From an uncultured Pseudomonadota bacterium (GTDB lineage Bacteria; Pseudomonadota; Gammaproteobacteria; Burkholderiales; Rhodocyclaceae): a DNA stretch of 44,111 nucleotides. The translations under genes and the position numbers were made by a program. Location: contig CAISUK010000193.1 of assembly GCA_903888645.1 (NCBI GenBank), positions 1 through 44,111 of the forward strand. The letters are read 5' to 3'. Positions 9,234-17,398 of the stretch are shown piece after piece. The notes beneath the pieces were generated by a model that saw nothing but the letters and a program-made list of their open reading frames with translations, did no database searches and was not told the origin of the DNA. Every line of letters begins with the position of its first letter. The stretch's first letter is position 1.

Positions 9234-10146
9234 GTCCAGCCTCGCTCCGAGAGGCCAGCGACGGAACGTTGATCGACAGCTGCCAACGCTCCGAATAATT
9301 TGGCGAATACTCGTTTTCTGGATCGAGTTTGCGCGATCCGCCACGCTGAGCGCAGGTTTGCCAGGAGACTATCGTTGCGTGTTCCAAATGGCAGACTTCC
9401 GTCAGCAAGAATCCGGCACGAACCTTGTCGATGGCCGAGCCATTGCGCTCGACCTCATCGATGATTGTCCGTAAGTGCCGCGTTGCTTCTCCCTGAAAAA
9501 CATCGATGACGTGCTGAATACCACCGCACAAAGCCGGCTCGCGCAGCATGTCGAGAAAGACCCGACCGATCGTCGCTACGCGCAGTGGTGATCCCGGGAC
9601 GTGGCGAAAGGCTCCCAGTTGCGAGCGTTCGTGAAATTGCACTGCCGTTTGACCGATGCGGGTCAGGTTCAATCGCGTCAGCTTCGGCAATCCGCTGGCG
9701 ATATAGTCGTCAAACCGCTCCCCGAGCTCCTTGTGCATGCGTTCCCTGGCCTGTTGACGCCATTCGCCAGTTGGGGGCACCGACATGAATGCGACGGCGG
9801 GAAATCGGTCGGTTAGCCCATGATATTCCATGGCACTCAGATGTGAGACGTAGGCGAACGGATCAAGGCTGCAGGCGACCTGCTGGGCCGTGGCATGGCC
9901 TTGGCCGAAGAGCAAATAGGCATGTACGCCGCTCTTGAGCGGCAATCGCGTCAGCAGTCCGACATCGACCAGATGATCGACGACCCCGTGATACAGGGTC
10001 TTCGCTTCTGTATTTTTCCGAGCCATCTGCAGGAACACTGTCTTGGCCAGCTCATATGGCGATACGGCAGCCAGTCCGGCTGAGCTTAGTACCTGGCTCA
10101 CCCTGCTGATTTGTCCCTGCTCGACAATTACGGTAGGCATATACAT
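9223..10146 (-). CDS. abiEi: AbiEi-family type IV TA antitoxin / transcriptional regulator
   Basis: Contains the AbiEi-typical SHLSAMEYHGLTDRFP block. Sits immediately upstream of and overlapping abiEii. ATG at 10146 or 10140. The TTG at 10173 used by the track lies inside the predicted promoter. Confidence 0.8.
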   Translation of the reverse strand: MYMPTVIVEQGQISRVSQVLSSAGLAAVSPYELAKTVFLQMARKNTEAKTLYHGVVDHLVDVGLLTRLPLKSGVHAYLLFGQGHATAQQVACSLDPFAYVSHLSAMEYHGLTDRFPAVAFMSVPPTGEWRQQARERMHKELGERFDDYIASGLPKLTRLNLTRIGQTAVQFHERSQLGAFRHVPGSPLRVATIGRVFLDMLREPALCGGIQHVIDVFQGEATRHLRTIIDEVERNGSAIDKVRAGFLLTEVCHLEHATIVSWQTCAQRGGSRKLDPENEYSPNYSERWQLSINVPSLASRSEAGHER

Positions 10147-10189
10147 TGACTGATAACGTTGTCCTAAGGACAACGTTATCAGTCAATGT
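10143..10189. repeat. Pal1: perfect 47-bp palindrome (23-nt arms, 1 central nt)
   Basis: ACATTGACTGATAACGTTGTCCT-A-AGGACAACGTTATCAGTCAATGT read directly. Overlaps the abiEi start codon region and the predicted -10. Confidence 0.95.
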
Positions 10190-10201
10190 GATGATTGTCA
10201 A
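10173..10201 (-). promoter_or_regulatory. Candidate sigma70 promoter of abiEi-abiEii
   Basis: On the minus strand: perfect -35 TTGACA (10196-10201), 17-nt spacer, -10 TAACGT (10173-10178). Spacer and -10 lie inside Pal1. Confidence 0.5.
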
Positions 10202-10327
10202 GTCTTGGCGGTTATCGATGTTGGGCGACGAGGTGAGGCCGACGGAATTGCACCAGGCGGTTCGGAAGATGAGATTTTGAAACTATGGCAGACCAAGAGT
10301 CGATACACCCCAACATCGACATCGATT

Positions 10328-10374
10328 CCACTGACCGTATAATGCGTCCTTAGGACGCATTATACGGTCAGTGG
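10328..10374. repeat. Pal2: perfect 47-bp palindrome (23-nt arms, 1 central nt) related to Pal1
   Basis: CCACTGACCGTATAATGCGTCCT-T-AGGACGCATTATACGGTCAGTGG read directly. Shares the outer CAnTGAC and inner GTCCT blocks with Pal1. Each arm contains TATAAT. Confidence 0.95.
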
Positions 10375-10451
10375 CGGTGGCTGTTGATGTTGTCCCCAGG
10401 TGAAGCGCCAATTGAGCATCTTCGATCCAGGAAGTGGCAGAGCATTCGTTC

Positions 10452-11075
10452 TTAGCCGCGGCGATGGAAACACCCTAGCGTCCGCCCGACCAACACGCCG
10501 ACCACCAGTGGCGCACAAGGCAGCAGCAGCGTGGGCAATGTCAGCGGCACCACGAAGCCTATGACGGTTGCGCAGAGCACCACAATGCCCAGGCTGGCAT
10601 ATAACGCAAACATCTCCGGATCGTGCTGCAGGAATTCCTTGGCTTTGATCACTCGTGTGCATCCACCATCGGCGATGGCCGCCAGAACGAATACGGCGAG
10701 CCAGGGTAGCCAATAGAGCAAGGTCGACAGCCGATAGCTGGCAAGTAGAAACAAAGCGTCGACAGAGCGGAAGTAACTGTTGTTGAAAAGCCGCTGATTG
10801 ACCGAGAACATTTCCTGCGACACTGCGCCACTCACGCTGCCTGGCAAAGGCGCATCCTTCACCGCAGGGATCGGTGTTACGCTGGCCGTATCCTCTTGCA
10901 ACTTCAAGGCTCGATCGAGCATGCGCGTCGCAGTTTGGTGTCCCCAATAAGCCTCAGCGGCCTCATGCTCGGCGCGTAGCTGGGCCAGAAACCGTTCCGG
11001 CGGATTGGCCGAAGGTACATACAGCACCAGAATGAGCAGGCAAAGCAGCGAAAGCAAGGCGACGGCGCGGATCAT
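10452..11075 (-). CDS. ICE membrane protein, DUF4400 (TIGR03747-type)
   Basis: 207 aa with an N-terminal TM and three C-terminal TM segments. ATGA overlap with the traD stop (11072-11075). Canonical partner downstream of the MPF-G coupling protein. Confidence 0.75.
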   Translation of the reverse strand: MIRAVALLSLLCLLILVLYVPSANPPERFLAQLRAEHEAAEAYWGHQTATRMLDRALKLQEDTASVTPIPAVKDAPLPGSVSGAVSQEMFSVNQRLFNNSYFRSVDALFLLASYRLSTLLYWLPWLAVFVLAAIADGGCTRVIKAKEFLQHDPEMFALYASLGIVVLCATVIGFVVPLTLPTLLLPCAPLVVGVLVGRTLGCFHRRG

Positions 11076-12967
11076 GCCACTGCCTTCACTGACGCGCGAT
11101 CTGGATCGAGGATCGGAAACCGCCCCTTGATGATCCGGCCCCCTGACACCGAAGCGAAGTACTGAAGGTTGGGAAGCTTGCCAAGTACGTCGGCCGGTAC
11201 CATTTCCTCAAAGCTCTCGGCGAGCTGGGTGGAGTAGCTCGACGAGAAATCGCCGAGGTGGGCATCTGAGCCGTGGCTGAGACCCACTCGGACGGTATGA
11301 ATGGCCGTCTTGCCGAAGGTCTCGACGACGAAATCCTGAGTGGGCCGATCCTTGGTGCGCAAGGCGATCAGGTTATTGAGATTGCCTAGTGCCATGCGCG
11401 CAGCATCTTCGCTGCCCAACCGTTTGGCGAGGTCCGCCAGCGTCTGCATCGCGCAGGTCGTAAAAATACCGCCCTCGGCGCCCTTGTTGAGGATCTCGAT
11501 CAGCGGCGGGTTGATGACGTTCGATACCTCATCGACAAACAATGCGATGCGCCGATAACTGCCTAGGTTGTAGCGCATGCCGGCACGCGCCGCCTGGTCG
11601 GCCAGCGCCAGCGCTCCGATGGCCGATGCCACCGATGGATCCGGCAAAGAGTCCAGACACATATAAAGTACATGACCGGCGCGTTCGATCTTTTCGAAAT
11701 TCATGATGGGCCGGGTATCGTCGGCATCGAAGGGATCGGGGGAGAGGCTTCGTCCCAGATCGCCCGAGGTCAACATCGACAAGATGGGTAGCAGGTTGGC
11801 CGTGATCTTCTGGTAATGCTCACGGTTGTGGCGAAACGTCCGCACCTGGGCATCGATCACCTTGTTGCGCTGGTTCTGCGCGACGTGGTGCTCGTAATAG
11901 CCGACCAAGGCCATCAGGTCGGCGCTGGTGGCTTCCGACGGCCGTCTCATGCCGCCGCGATGGGCATCGTTGAGCAGTTTTTTCATGTCGGGCTGGTCGC
12001 GCCAGCCAGCGCCCAGCGTCTGCTCGTAATAGCGGCGCAAAGACGCCTCGAGGACTGGCTCGATGCCACCCTCGATGTACTTGGCGAGTTTCATCAGGTT
12101 GGGCCGCTCGTCGATTTCGATCAGGCCCTGCACCACTACATTGACCGCATCCCAGCCAAACGCGGAAAACGCGCCTGCCGTATCCGGCGGCATGATGGAC
12201 TGGATGCGCGAAGCAATCTCGGTGGGTTTTTGCCAGTTGAAGGTGAAGTCCAGCCGCACCCCACGATCCGGAAAGGCGGGATGAAACTCCATGAAAGTGC
12301 CTGGCTCGCGGTAGTCGGCGCAAGCACGTTCCACCACACGCTTCAAGCGCCGACTATTTTTCGGATCGATGACGATCACGACGTCGCCGCGCTGAATCGC
12401 CTGGGTGATCAGGTTGGCCAGCGCCACGCCCTTGCCGGACTGGGTGGTCCCGACCAACAGCGTGCCACCCTCGAAATTCTGCAACGGCCGACGTAGAGCA
12501 CCTTCCTTCGGTTCGACGCCATGGATGTAAGGGAGACCGATCTCGCCATCTGGCTGTGGTTTGCCGCCGTAGCCCAAAAGACCTAACAGGCGGGGCGATA
12601 CGGCAAATTTCCGGTAGTCGATCTTGGCAAGTTCGTAGAGTCGCTGCGAATGCACTGGCTGCCACTCAAAGCCAAAGCCGAGAAAAACCTCTGCCGGGTT
12701 CGTGCACCAGCGCGCCAGTTCGTCGGTGCCGATGACCTGAATGGCGCGCCCGCCCAAGGACGCACGCAGGACCAGCATGCGCAATGCCTGAGTCATACGC
12801 ATTACGCCCATCGCGAAACAGATGAGTGCCAGCGGCAGAGCCAGTTGTTCCGGCAGGAAACCAGTAGCACCAATCGCCATGAAATACAGCAGCGCCAGCC
12901 ACCAGACGAGCGCGGCATAGACTTCGTAGGCCCGCCGCCAGGGCATTTCGTAACGCCGCGCCAGCAT
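11072..12967 (-). CDS. traD: Type IV coupling protein TraD (TIGR03743-type)
   Basis: Two N-terminal TM helices, Walker A VGTTQSGKGVAL, Walker B-like IALFVDEVS. Start taken at ATG 12967, 1 nt after the upstream stop. The longer track ORF (to 13249) overlaps the upstream gene. Confidence 0.9.
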   Translation of the reverse strand: MLARRYEMPWRRAYEVYAALVWWLALLYFMAIGATGFLPEQLALPLALICFAMGVMRMTQALRMLVLRASLGGRAIQVIGTDELARWCTNPAEVFLGFGFEWQPVHSQRLYELAKIDYRKFAVSPRLLGLLGYGGKPQPDGEIGLPYIHGVEPKEGALRRPLQNFEGGTLLVGTTQSGKGVALANLITQAIQRGDVVIVIDPKNSRRLKRVVERACADYREPGTFMEFHPAFPDRGVRLDFTFNWQKPTEIASRIQSIMPPDTAGAFSAFGWDAVNVVVQGLIEIDERPNLMKLAKYIEGGIEPVLEASLRRYYEQTLGAGWRDQPDMKKLLNDAHRGGMRRPSEATSADLMALVGYYEHHVAQNQRNKVIDAQVRTFRHNREHYQKITANLLPILSMLTSGDLGRSLSPDPFDADDTRPIMNFEKIERAGHVLYMCLDSLPDPSVASAIGALALADQAARAGMRYNLGSYRRIALFVDEVSNVINPPLIEILNKGAEGGIFTTCAMQTLADLAKRLGSEDAARMALGNLNNLIALRTKDRPTQDFVVETFGKTAIHTVRVGLSHGSDAHLGDFSSSYSTQLAESFEEMVPADVLGKLPNLQYFASVSGGRIIKGRFPILDPDRASVKAVA

Positions 12968-12968
12968 C

Positions 12969-14672
12969 TCAGCTTCGCTCCTGCGGTACAAGAACAAACC
13001 CGGCCAGATCGAGGCCCGCGACAAAGCGCGGGTCGAGCACGATGCCGACCGTGACTTTGCCGTTGAACTCGCGCGACAAGGTCGGCGGTTCATCTTGGTT
13101 CGGCTTGACCAGCAAGGCTGTTTCGGCAAGTGCACGCATTGCCAAGGACGGCTGAACGCTACGTCTTGTGAATTCCTCCAGCGGAACGAACACCCCTTGG
13201 GCAATAGTGCATACCGTGGCCGGGCACATGGCCTGGTTGAGGGTGTCAATGGCCTTGGCCAGGGCGTCCCGAACCGCAGGATTTAGGCGCATGGGGGCTT
13301 GCAAAGCGAAGCGTGGCGATGGTGGTGCCGAATCTGTTTTTGGCGAGGCTGCCTTGGGCGTTGGGTCGACCGGAGTTATCGGTACTTCGTGATCGGCAGC
13401 GGGCTCAGTCGCAGGAATCAGTGAAAGCTGGGTGCCGCTTTTCACGGATTTCGGCGACGGCTGGGGGGTAGTTGTCGATGATGGTCTGAACTCCAGCATC
13501 TGGGGCAGCGCCGCTGGGGTTGGATGCATGGCCGCCAAGAGGATGGACGGGGAAGTCAGCTTGACGGCTTCCAACGGCGCCTTCACACCGGGTGGCAGGA
13601 TCGACCAGGTAGATCTACCGGCCGCCGCCGCTTCGAACACTTCGGCTGCCATGAACACCTCCAGCATGGTCTCAGGTGCTAGGCGCATCCCGGCCAGTTG
13701 ATCCGCCTCAAGCAAACGATGAACATCGTCTCCAGCGCCTGGCCACACTAGAAACAGCCCGTCTTGACCGAACCACAGTCGCGATTTCTCGCGATTGGGG
13801 ATCCAGGCTGCGTTGACCTGGGCCAGTCGTCGCAAGGCGTCAACCAAGTAGCGCTCGAGGTGCGAGCCATGCGCCGGCGAACCATGGCGATCGGCATTGG
13901 CGGCAAGGTTGCGATCAATCACCAGTGCTAGCGAGCGGCGAACGAGTTCGTCGAGGATATTGTGGTCGCGATAGATCGGAATGCCGCTGATACTTGCCAA
14001 GAGGTGTGGCACGATGACCGTGTTGCCTTCGGATAGATACAGCATCACAGCGGGTGATACCACTTGGGGCAGGGCGAACAAGCCCAGTCCTCGCGCTTCA
14101 ATTGTCTCTGGGCGCCATCTCAGGAAATAGCGCTTGCTGCCACGGCTTGTCAGCCAGTCGGCCAATGGCAGCAGAAAAGCTGGCCACGTTTCGCCAGAGT
14201 CATTGGTGACGATGACGTGACTCATCAGACGATGCAACTCACAGCACAGGCCGGCGAGGAATGTTGCGTGCCGCCAGCGTGGCTCCAATTGGCGGCGAGC
14301 GGTGATGTTCATCCGCCCGGCGAAGATGTGCGCGTCCGTACCCTGCAAACTGAAAAATGCGGTTTCCATTCCGAGTCGCAGCAGGCCGCCCGGCTGGTTG
14401 AAGTAGTTGTCGGCGGTCGCTGGCAGAAGATGGACGCAGGCCGCATAGCGGCGCACCAGCGTCATGACGTCGCGCTCAAAAGTGCTTGAGTCGGTGCCGT
14501 AGCAGAGCTTGATGCGGGCGATCAGCTGGGCTTCACCAGCCAGCAGTTCTTCAACCGGGATGGCAGCGAAACCCGGGTCCGGGGTAGTGTAGGTGCTGGC
14601 GAGAGGAGGGGGAATGGCCATGGCCGCGCTGCAAAGCATGGACGTCATGCGATCCGCCCATTCTTCGTTCAA
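12969..14672 (-). CDS. traI: TraI-like protein (MOBH / TraI_2-like putative relaxase)
   Basis: 567 aa with block RYAACVHLLPATADNYFNQPGGLLRLGMETAFF resembling the LPAS..HH..GGL..H.LE core of TraI_2 proteins. Pro-rich linker and C-terminal domain. Sits directly upstream of traD as in ICEclc. Start is TTG 14672 or ATG 14648. Confidence 0.6.
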   Translation of the reverse strand: MNEEWADRMTSMLCSAAMAIPPPLASTYTTPDPGFAAIPVEELLAGEAQLIARIKLCYGTDSSTFERDVMTLVRRYAACVHLLPATADNYFNQPGGLLRLGMETAFFSLQGTDAHIFAGRMNITARRQLEPRWRHATFLAGLCCELHRLMSHVIVTNDSGETWPAFLLPLADWLTSRGSKRYFLRWRPETIEARGLGLFALPQVVSPAVMLYLSEGNTVIVPHLLASISGIPIYRDHNILDELVRRSLALVIDRNLAANADRHGSPAHGSHLERYLVDALRRLAQVNAAWIPNREKSRLWFGQDGLFLVWPGAGDDVHRLLEADQLAGMRLAPETMLEVFMAAEVFEAAAAGRSTWSILPPGVKAPLEAVKLTSPSILLAAMHPTPAALPQMLEFRPSSTTTPQPSPKSVKSGTQLSLIPATEPAADHEVPITPVDPTPKAASPKTDSAPPSPRFALQAPMRLNPAVRDALAKAIDTLNQAMCPATVCTIAQGVFVPLEEFTRRSVQPSLAMRALAETALLVKPNQDEPPTLSREFNGKVTVGIVLDPRFVAGLDLAGFVLVPQERS

Positions 14673-14707
14673 CTATCCCGCCAGTCGCTTCGAAAAGCCT
14701 AATATTC

Positions 14708-15340
14708 CTAGGGGATATCCCGTTCTGACTCAACACTGGGGTGATGACTGGGGCCCAGCCTACGAAGATGACTCGCTGTCGTTTGCAGCGTAGTGCGAAT
14801 TGGGTAGGACGCCTGAATGCGGTGGTCCACATGAAAACGCTCAAACAGCTTGCAGAATGGACAAGGCTGACCGCGTTGAGCGACGGTGCCGACCGCGGCA
14901 ATGAACTTGCAGGCGCAATCTTGGCAGCTCAGAATGGATAACGCCGATGTGCTTGCCAGCCAGATACCTTCGATGTAGGAGACGAGGTTGAAAGCCCGGT
15001 CCAGGCTGATGCGGAAGGGTGGCAGGGTCGTAGCCTGGTAGGCGCGATAGGCAAGTATCAGCGCCTCGCCTGGTATGAGACCCTGGTCACGCAGCTGCTG
15101 GTACTTTGCACCGATGACGCAAGCGTCGATACGCATGATCAGGTTGGCCCCGTAATACCAATCGGCAGAATCCGGGGCGCGCCCACGGGGAATGCTGAGG
15201 ACATCCGGGAAGAATAGACTTTGAATCTGGCGTGGTGGGATGCCAGTGATCAGATGAATCGTCTTCAGGCGTGCGCCGAGCGCCGTCAATTTTTTTGCTT
15301 GCTGAACGGCACGGAGGTGCCGATCGCCTCGAGTCGGCAT
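14708..15340 (-). CDS. FlhC-like transcriptional activator subunit (SetC/AcaC-like)
   Basis: LTALGARL, PRGRAPDSADWY and AYRAYQ blocks align with FlhC. Four Cys arranged C-x2-C...C-x2-C (SCQDCACK...CPFCK), like the FlhC zinc site. Confidence 0.75.
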   Translation of the reverse strand: MPTRGDRHLRAVQQAKKLTALGARLKTIHLITGIPPRQIQSLFFPDVLSIPRGRAPDSADWYYGANLIMRIDACVIGAKYQQLRDQGLIPGEALILAYRAYQATTLPPFRISLDRAFNLVSYIEGIWLASTSALSILSCQDCACKFIAAVGTVAQRGQPCPFCKLFERFHVDHRIQASYPIRTTLQTTASHLRRLGPSHHPSVESERDIP

Positions 15341-15355
15341 GAGTGTCGGTTCCTT

Positions 15356-15652
15356 TCAGCGATCATTCATCGGCAAGGGCGGACGCACCAGGGACAGGGG
15401 CCCGGCCAGTGGGCGCGGTGTGCTCAGTAACACGACGAGATCGGTACGTGGCGGAAACAAGGTGGTGTCGCCAATGTGTATCACCAGAGACCACAGGTCG
15501 TCGAGGCTCATGTTCCGCAGATGGTCGGCCTGTGCCGTGTTTAAGGCGTATTTGGAGCACGCTGCCGCAGAGTCATTTTGAAGGCCGGCACGGATGACGG
15601 CCAGCACATGAAGATTGATCCATTCCACGTCGGTAAGAGTCCTTTGACTCAT
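15356..15652 (-). CDS. FlhD-like transcriptional activator subunit (SetD/AcaD-like)
   Basis: 98 aa. WINLHVLAVIRAGLQNDSAAA...LSLDDLWSL...LFPPR aligns with the FlhD helices. ATG 15652 has AGGA 9-12 nt upstream. Sits immediately upstream of the FlhC-like gene. Confidence 0.65.
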   Translation of the reverse strand: MSQRTLTDVEWINLHVLAVIRAGLQNDSAAACSKYALNTAQADHLRNMSLDDLWSLVIHIGDTTLFPPRTDLVVLLSTPRPLAGPLSLVRPPLPMNDR

Positions 15653-15940
15653 GGTCTTGTTCCTTGGTTGGCCCAAGTAATGTAGGTTTTTCGGGCATCG
15701 GTGGTCGAAAATTATCGTCAGATATTCCCGTCAAGATCCAGGTCTCGACGAGCCGGCTCAGCATACGTATTACATAGATGTCATGGCAATGGCGGATGCC
15801 ACGAATCTTTGTTCCTCGATGTTGTTGCCACACGCAAGGCCTGGCTAAAGCCGTCGATTGGGGATTCGCGGTGCTGTCGGTGAACGAAGGGACATGGTCG
15901 CGACGATTGCTGGTGCGCGTAGATCACTGCCGCTTACCTG

Positions 15941-15979
15941 CTGCAAGAAAATGCCACTCACCCGGGGGCGAGTGGCATT
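15941..15979 (-). terminator. Intrinsic terminator after the DUF932 gene
   Basis: 10-bp perfect stem AATGCCACTC/GAGTGGCATT (15950-15959 / 15970-15979) with a GC-rich loop. Followed on the minus strand by TTTCTT. Confidence 0.55.
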
Positions 15980-16053
15980 GTTGGGTTGCTTGCATTAATC
16001 CTTGCTGGAACCAAATGGTGACTCGGACAGCTTGCCTGGCTTCTTGCCCCAGG

Positions 16054-17118
16054 TCAGGCAGCTTCGGCCAGCCCCTTCCACTCATGGGCCGCCAAATCGA
16101 TCAGCCGGCCACCCAGCGCTTCAAACTCCGTCGCGCGATCGTAATCCTCGACCTCCTGGCTGTAGTGAGTCACGGCATTGACCAACCCGTAACCTGACAG
16201 CTGGCCTTCTTCGATCAGGTGGCGCAACACGCCGGCCCGCTCGTTGTCGTTCAAGGTATAGCGTTGCGCCAGTACCTCGACCGTCTTCACCGGGTCACCC
16301 AACAGCGGGATGTTCAAGGTCTTTTGCAGCTTCTGTGCCGTCTGGCGGAAGGTTGCCTCCGACACTGCCGCCTGCACCACGTCGCGCACTTTCAGGAAAA
16401 ACGCCTGGTCATCGGCACGCAAGGTGTCTTCCTGATAGACCTGAATGGCGTCATCCGTGCCACCCAGCGCCCGACCCACGTGCGTCTTGCGCAGCGAGCG
16501 GTCGGGGGCGATCAGGCCGTTGCGGCAGATCAGCCGGAACAGCAATGGCTGCACCGACAGCGTCCCCTGACCGACCTCCGAGTTCGAGATCACGACGCCG
16601 GCCTGCACGACATCACCGGGCGCCATTTCGTATTTCAGGCGTGGCGTGATGCACTTCAGGTACATCTTCGTCTCGGTCAGTTCGACCGACTCGAAGCGGA
16701 CCTCGGGCAGTTGCTGCAGGATGGGCAGCACACTTTCGGCCAGGTCGAAATTATCCAGACGACGATAGCGGTCGGACAATACCGCGCGCACCTGACCGTC
16801 CAGAGTTCGCAGCATGCGCCGGTCATCGTCGCTTTGCAGCCAGGTGTTCACGTTGCGGTCCAGCAACACCGGTTGCTCTTCGCGCATGCGCTCAAAATAC
16901 GCATACGGAATCTTCAATTTTTCGGCCAGTTGGCGTCGGGCCAGCGGCGTGACGCCATAGCGCACCGGACTGCCGCCTTCCTCGACGACGATTTTCGTCT
17001 CGCCACCCTCGGCGGTGGTGTGGTGCACGAGTTGCGAGGGCACGATCAAGTCCTTCTTCGAATGCAGCTGGCGCTCCAGTTCCTGCGCCAGACCAACGAG
17101 AGAACGTCCAATCTTCAT
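16054..17118 (-). CDS. DUF932 domain protein
   Basis: Blocks RAVLSDRYRRLDNFDL, TKMYLKCITP and VISNSEVGQGTLSVQPLLFRLICRNG are typical of DUF932. ATG 17118 has GGAGA upstream. The N-terminal extension in the track ORF is low-complexity. Confidence 0.75.
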   Translation of the reverse strand: MKIGRSLVGLAQELERQLHSKKDLIVPSQLVHHTTAEGGETKIVVEEGGSPVRYGVTPLARRQLAEKLKIPYAYFERMREEQPVLLDRNVNTWLQSDDDRRMLRTLDGQVRAVLSDRYRRLDNFDLAESVLPILQQLPEVRFESVELTETKMYLKCITPRLKYEMAPGDVVQAGVVISNSEVGQGTLSVQPLLFRLICRNGLIAPDRSLRKTHVGRALGGTDDAIQVYQEDTLRADDQAFFLKVRDVVQAAVSEATFRQTAQKLQKTLNIPLLGDPVKTVEVLAQRYTLNDNERAGVLRHLIEEGQLSGYGLVNAVTHYSQEVEDYDRATEFEALGGRLIDLAAHEWKGLAEAA

Positions 17119-17348
17119 AGCAATCTCCAATTCAAGAATGAGCGGGCACGGCATCACCCACTCGTGGGGATGCGCATCCCCAAGGGGGTTGATAACGAGC
17201 CGGCGATGGCCGGTCCCAAATGGCGCGAATCGAATCGCGCCTGAACTCCAGGGCTGTCTTCGCGGCACCGTGCGGTGTCGCCTGGTCTGACAACTACCAG
17301 TGGTGCAAAAGAAATTTTTCGCGGTCACCGCGCCCTGCAGCGACCCTG

Positions 17349-17390
17349 AAAAAGCGGGTGGGTCCCAATCGCAGCATGGGACCGCACCCC
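17349..17390 (-). terminator. Intrinsic terminator after the primase-like gene
   Basis: Hairpin GGTCCCA/TGGGACC extended by 5 more pairs across a 1-nt bulge. Followed on the minus strand by TTTTT (17349-17353). Confidence 0.55.
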
Positions 17391-17398
17391 GAATCAAT

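Noticed and set aside
10171-10173. TTG start codon for abiEi used by the ORF track
   Set aside because: It lies within the predicted -10 / palindrome of the abiE promoter. The ATG codons at 10146 and 10140 are more plausible.
12968-13249. N-terminal 94-aa extension of the traD ORF (725-aa version)
   Set aside because: The extension overlaps the 3' end of the TraI-like gene in another frame and is Arg/Ser/Cys-rich. ATG 12967 lies 1 nt after the upstream stop and begins the conserved TM region.
16219-17244. 341-aa plus-strand ORF
   Set aside because: It lies antisense to the DUF932 gene. Composition (Q/R/H/L runs) is not protein-like, and no RBS is present.
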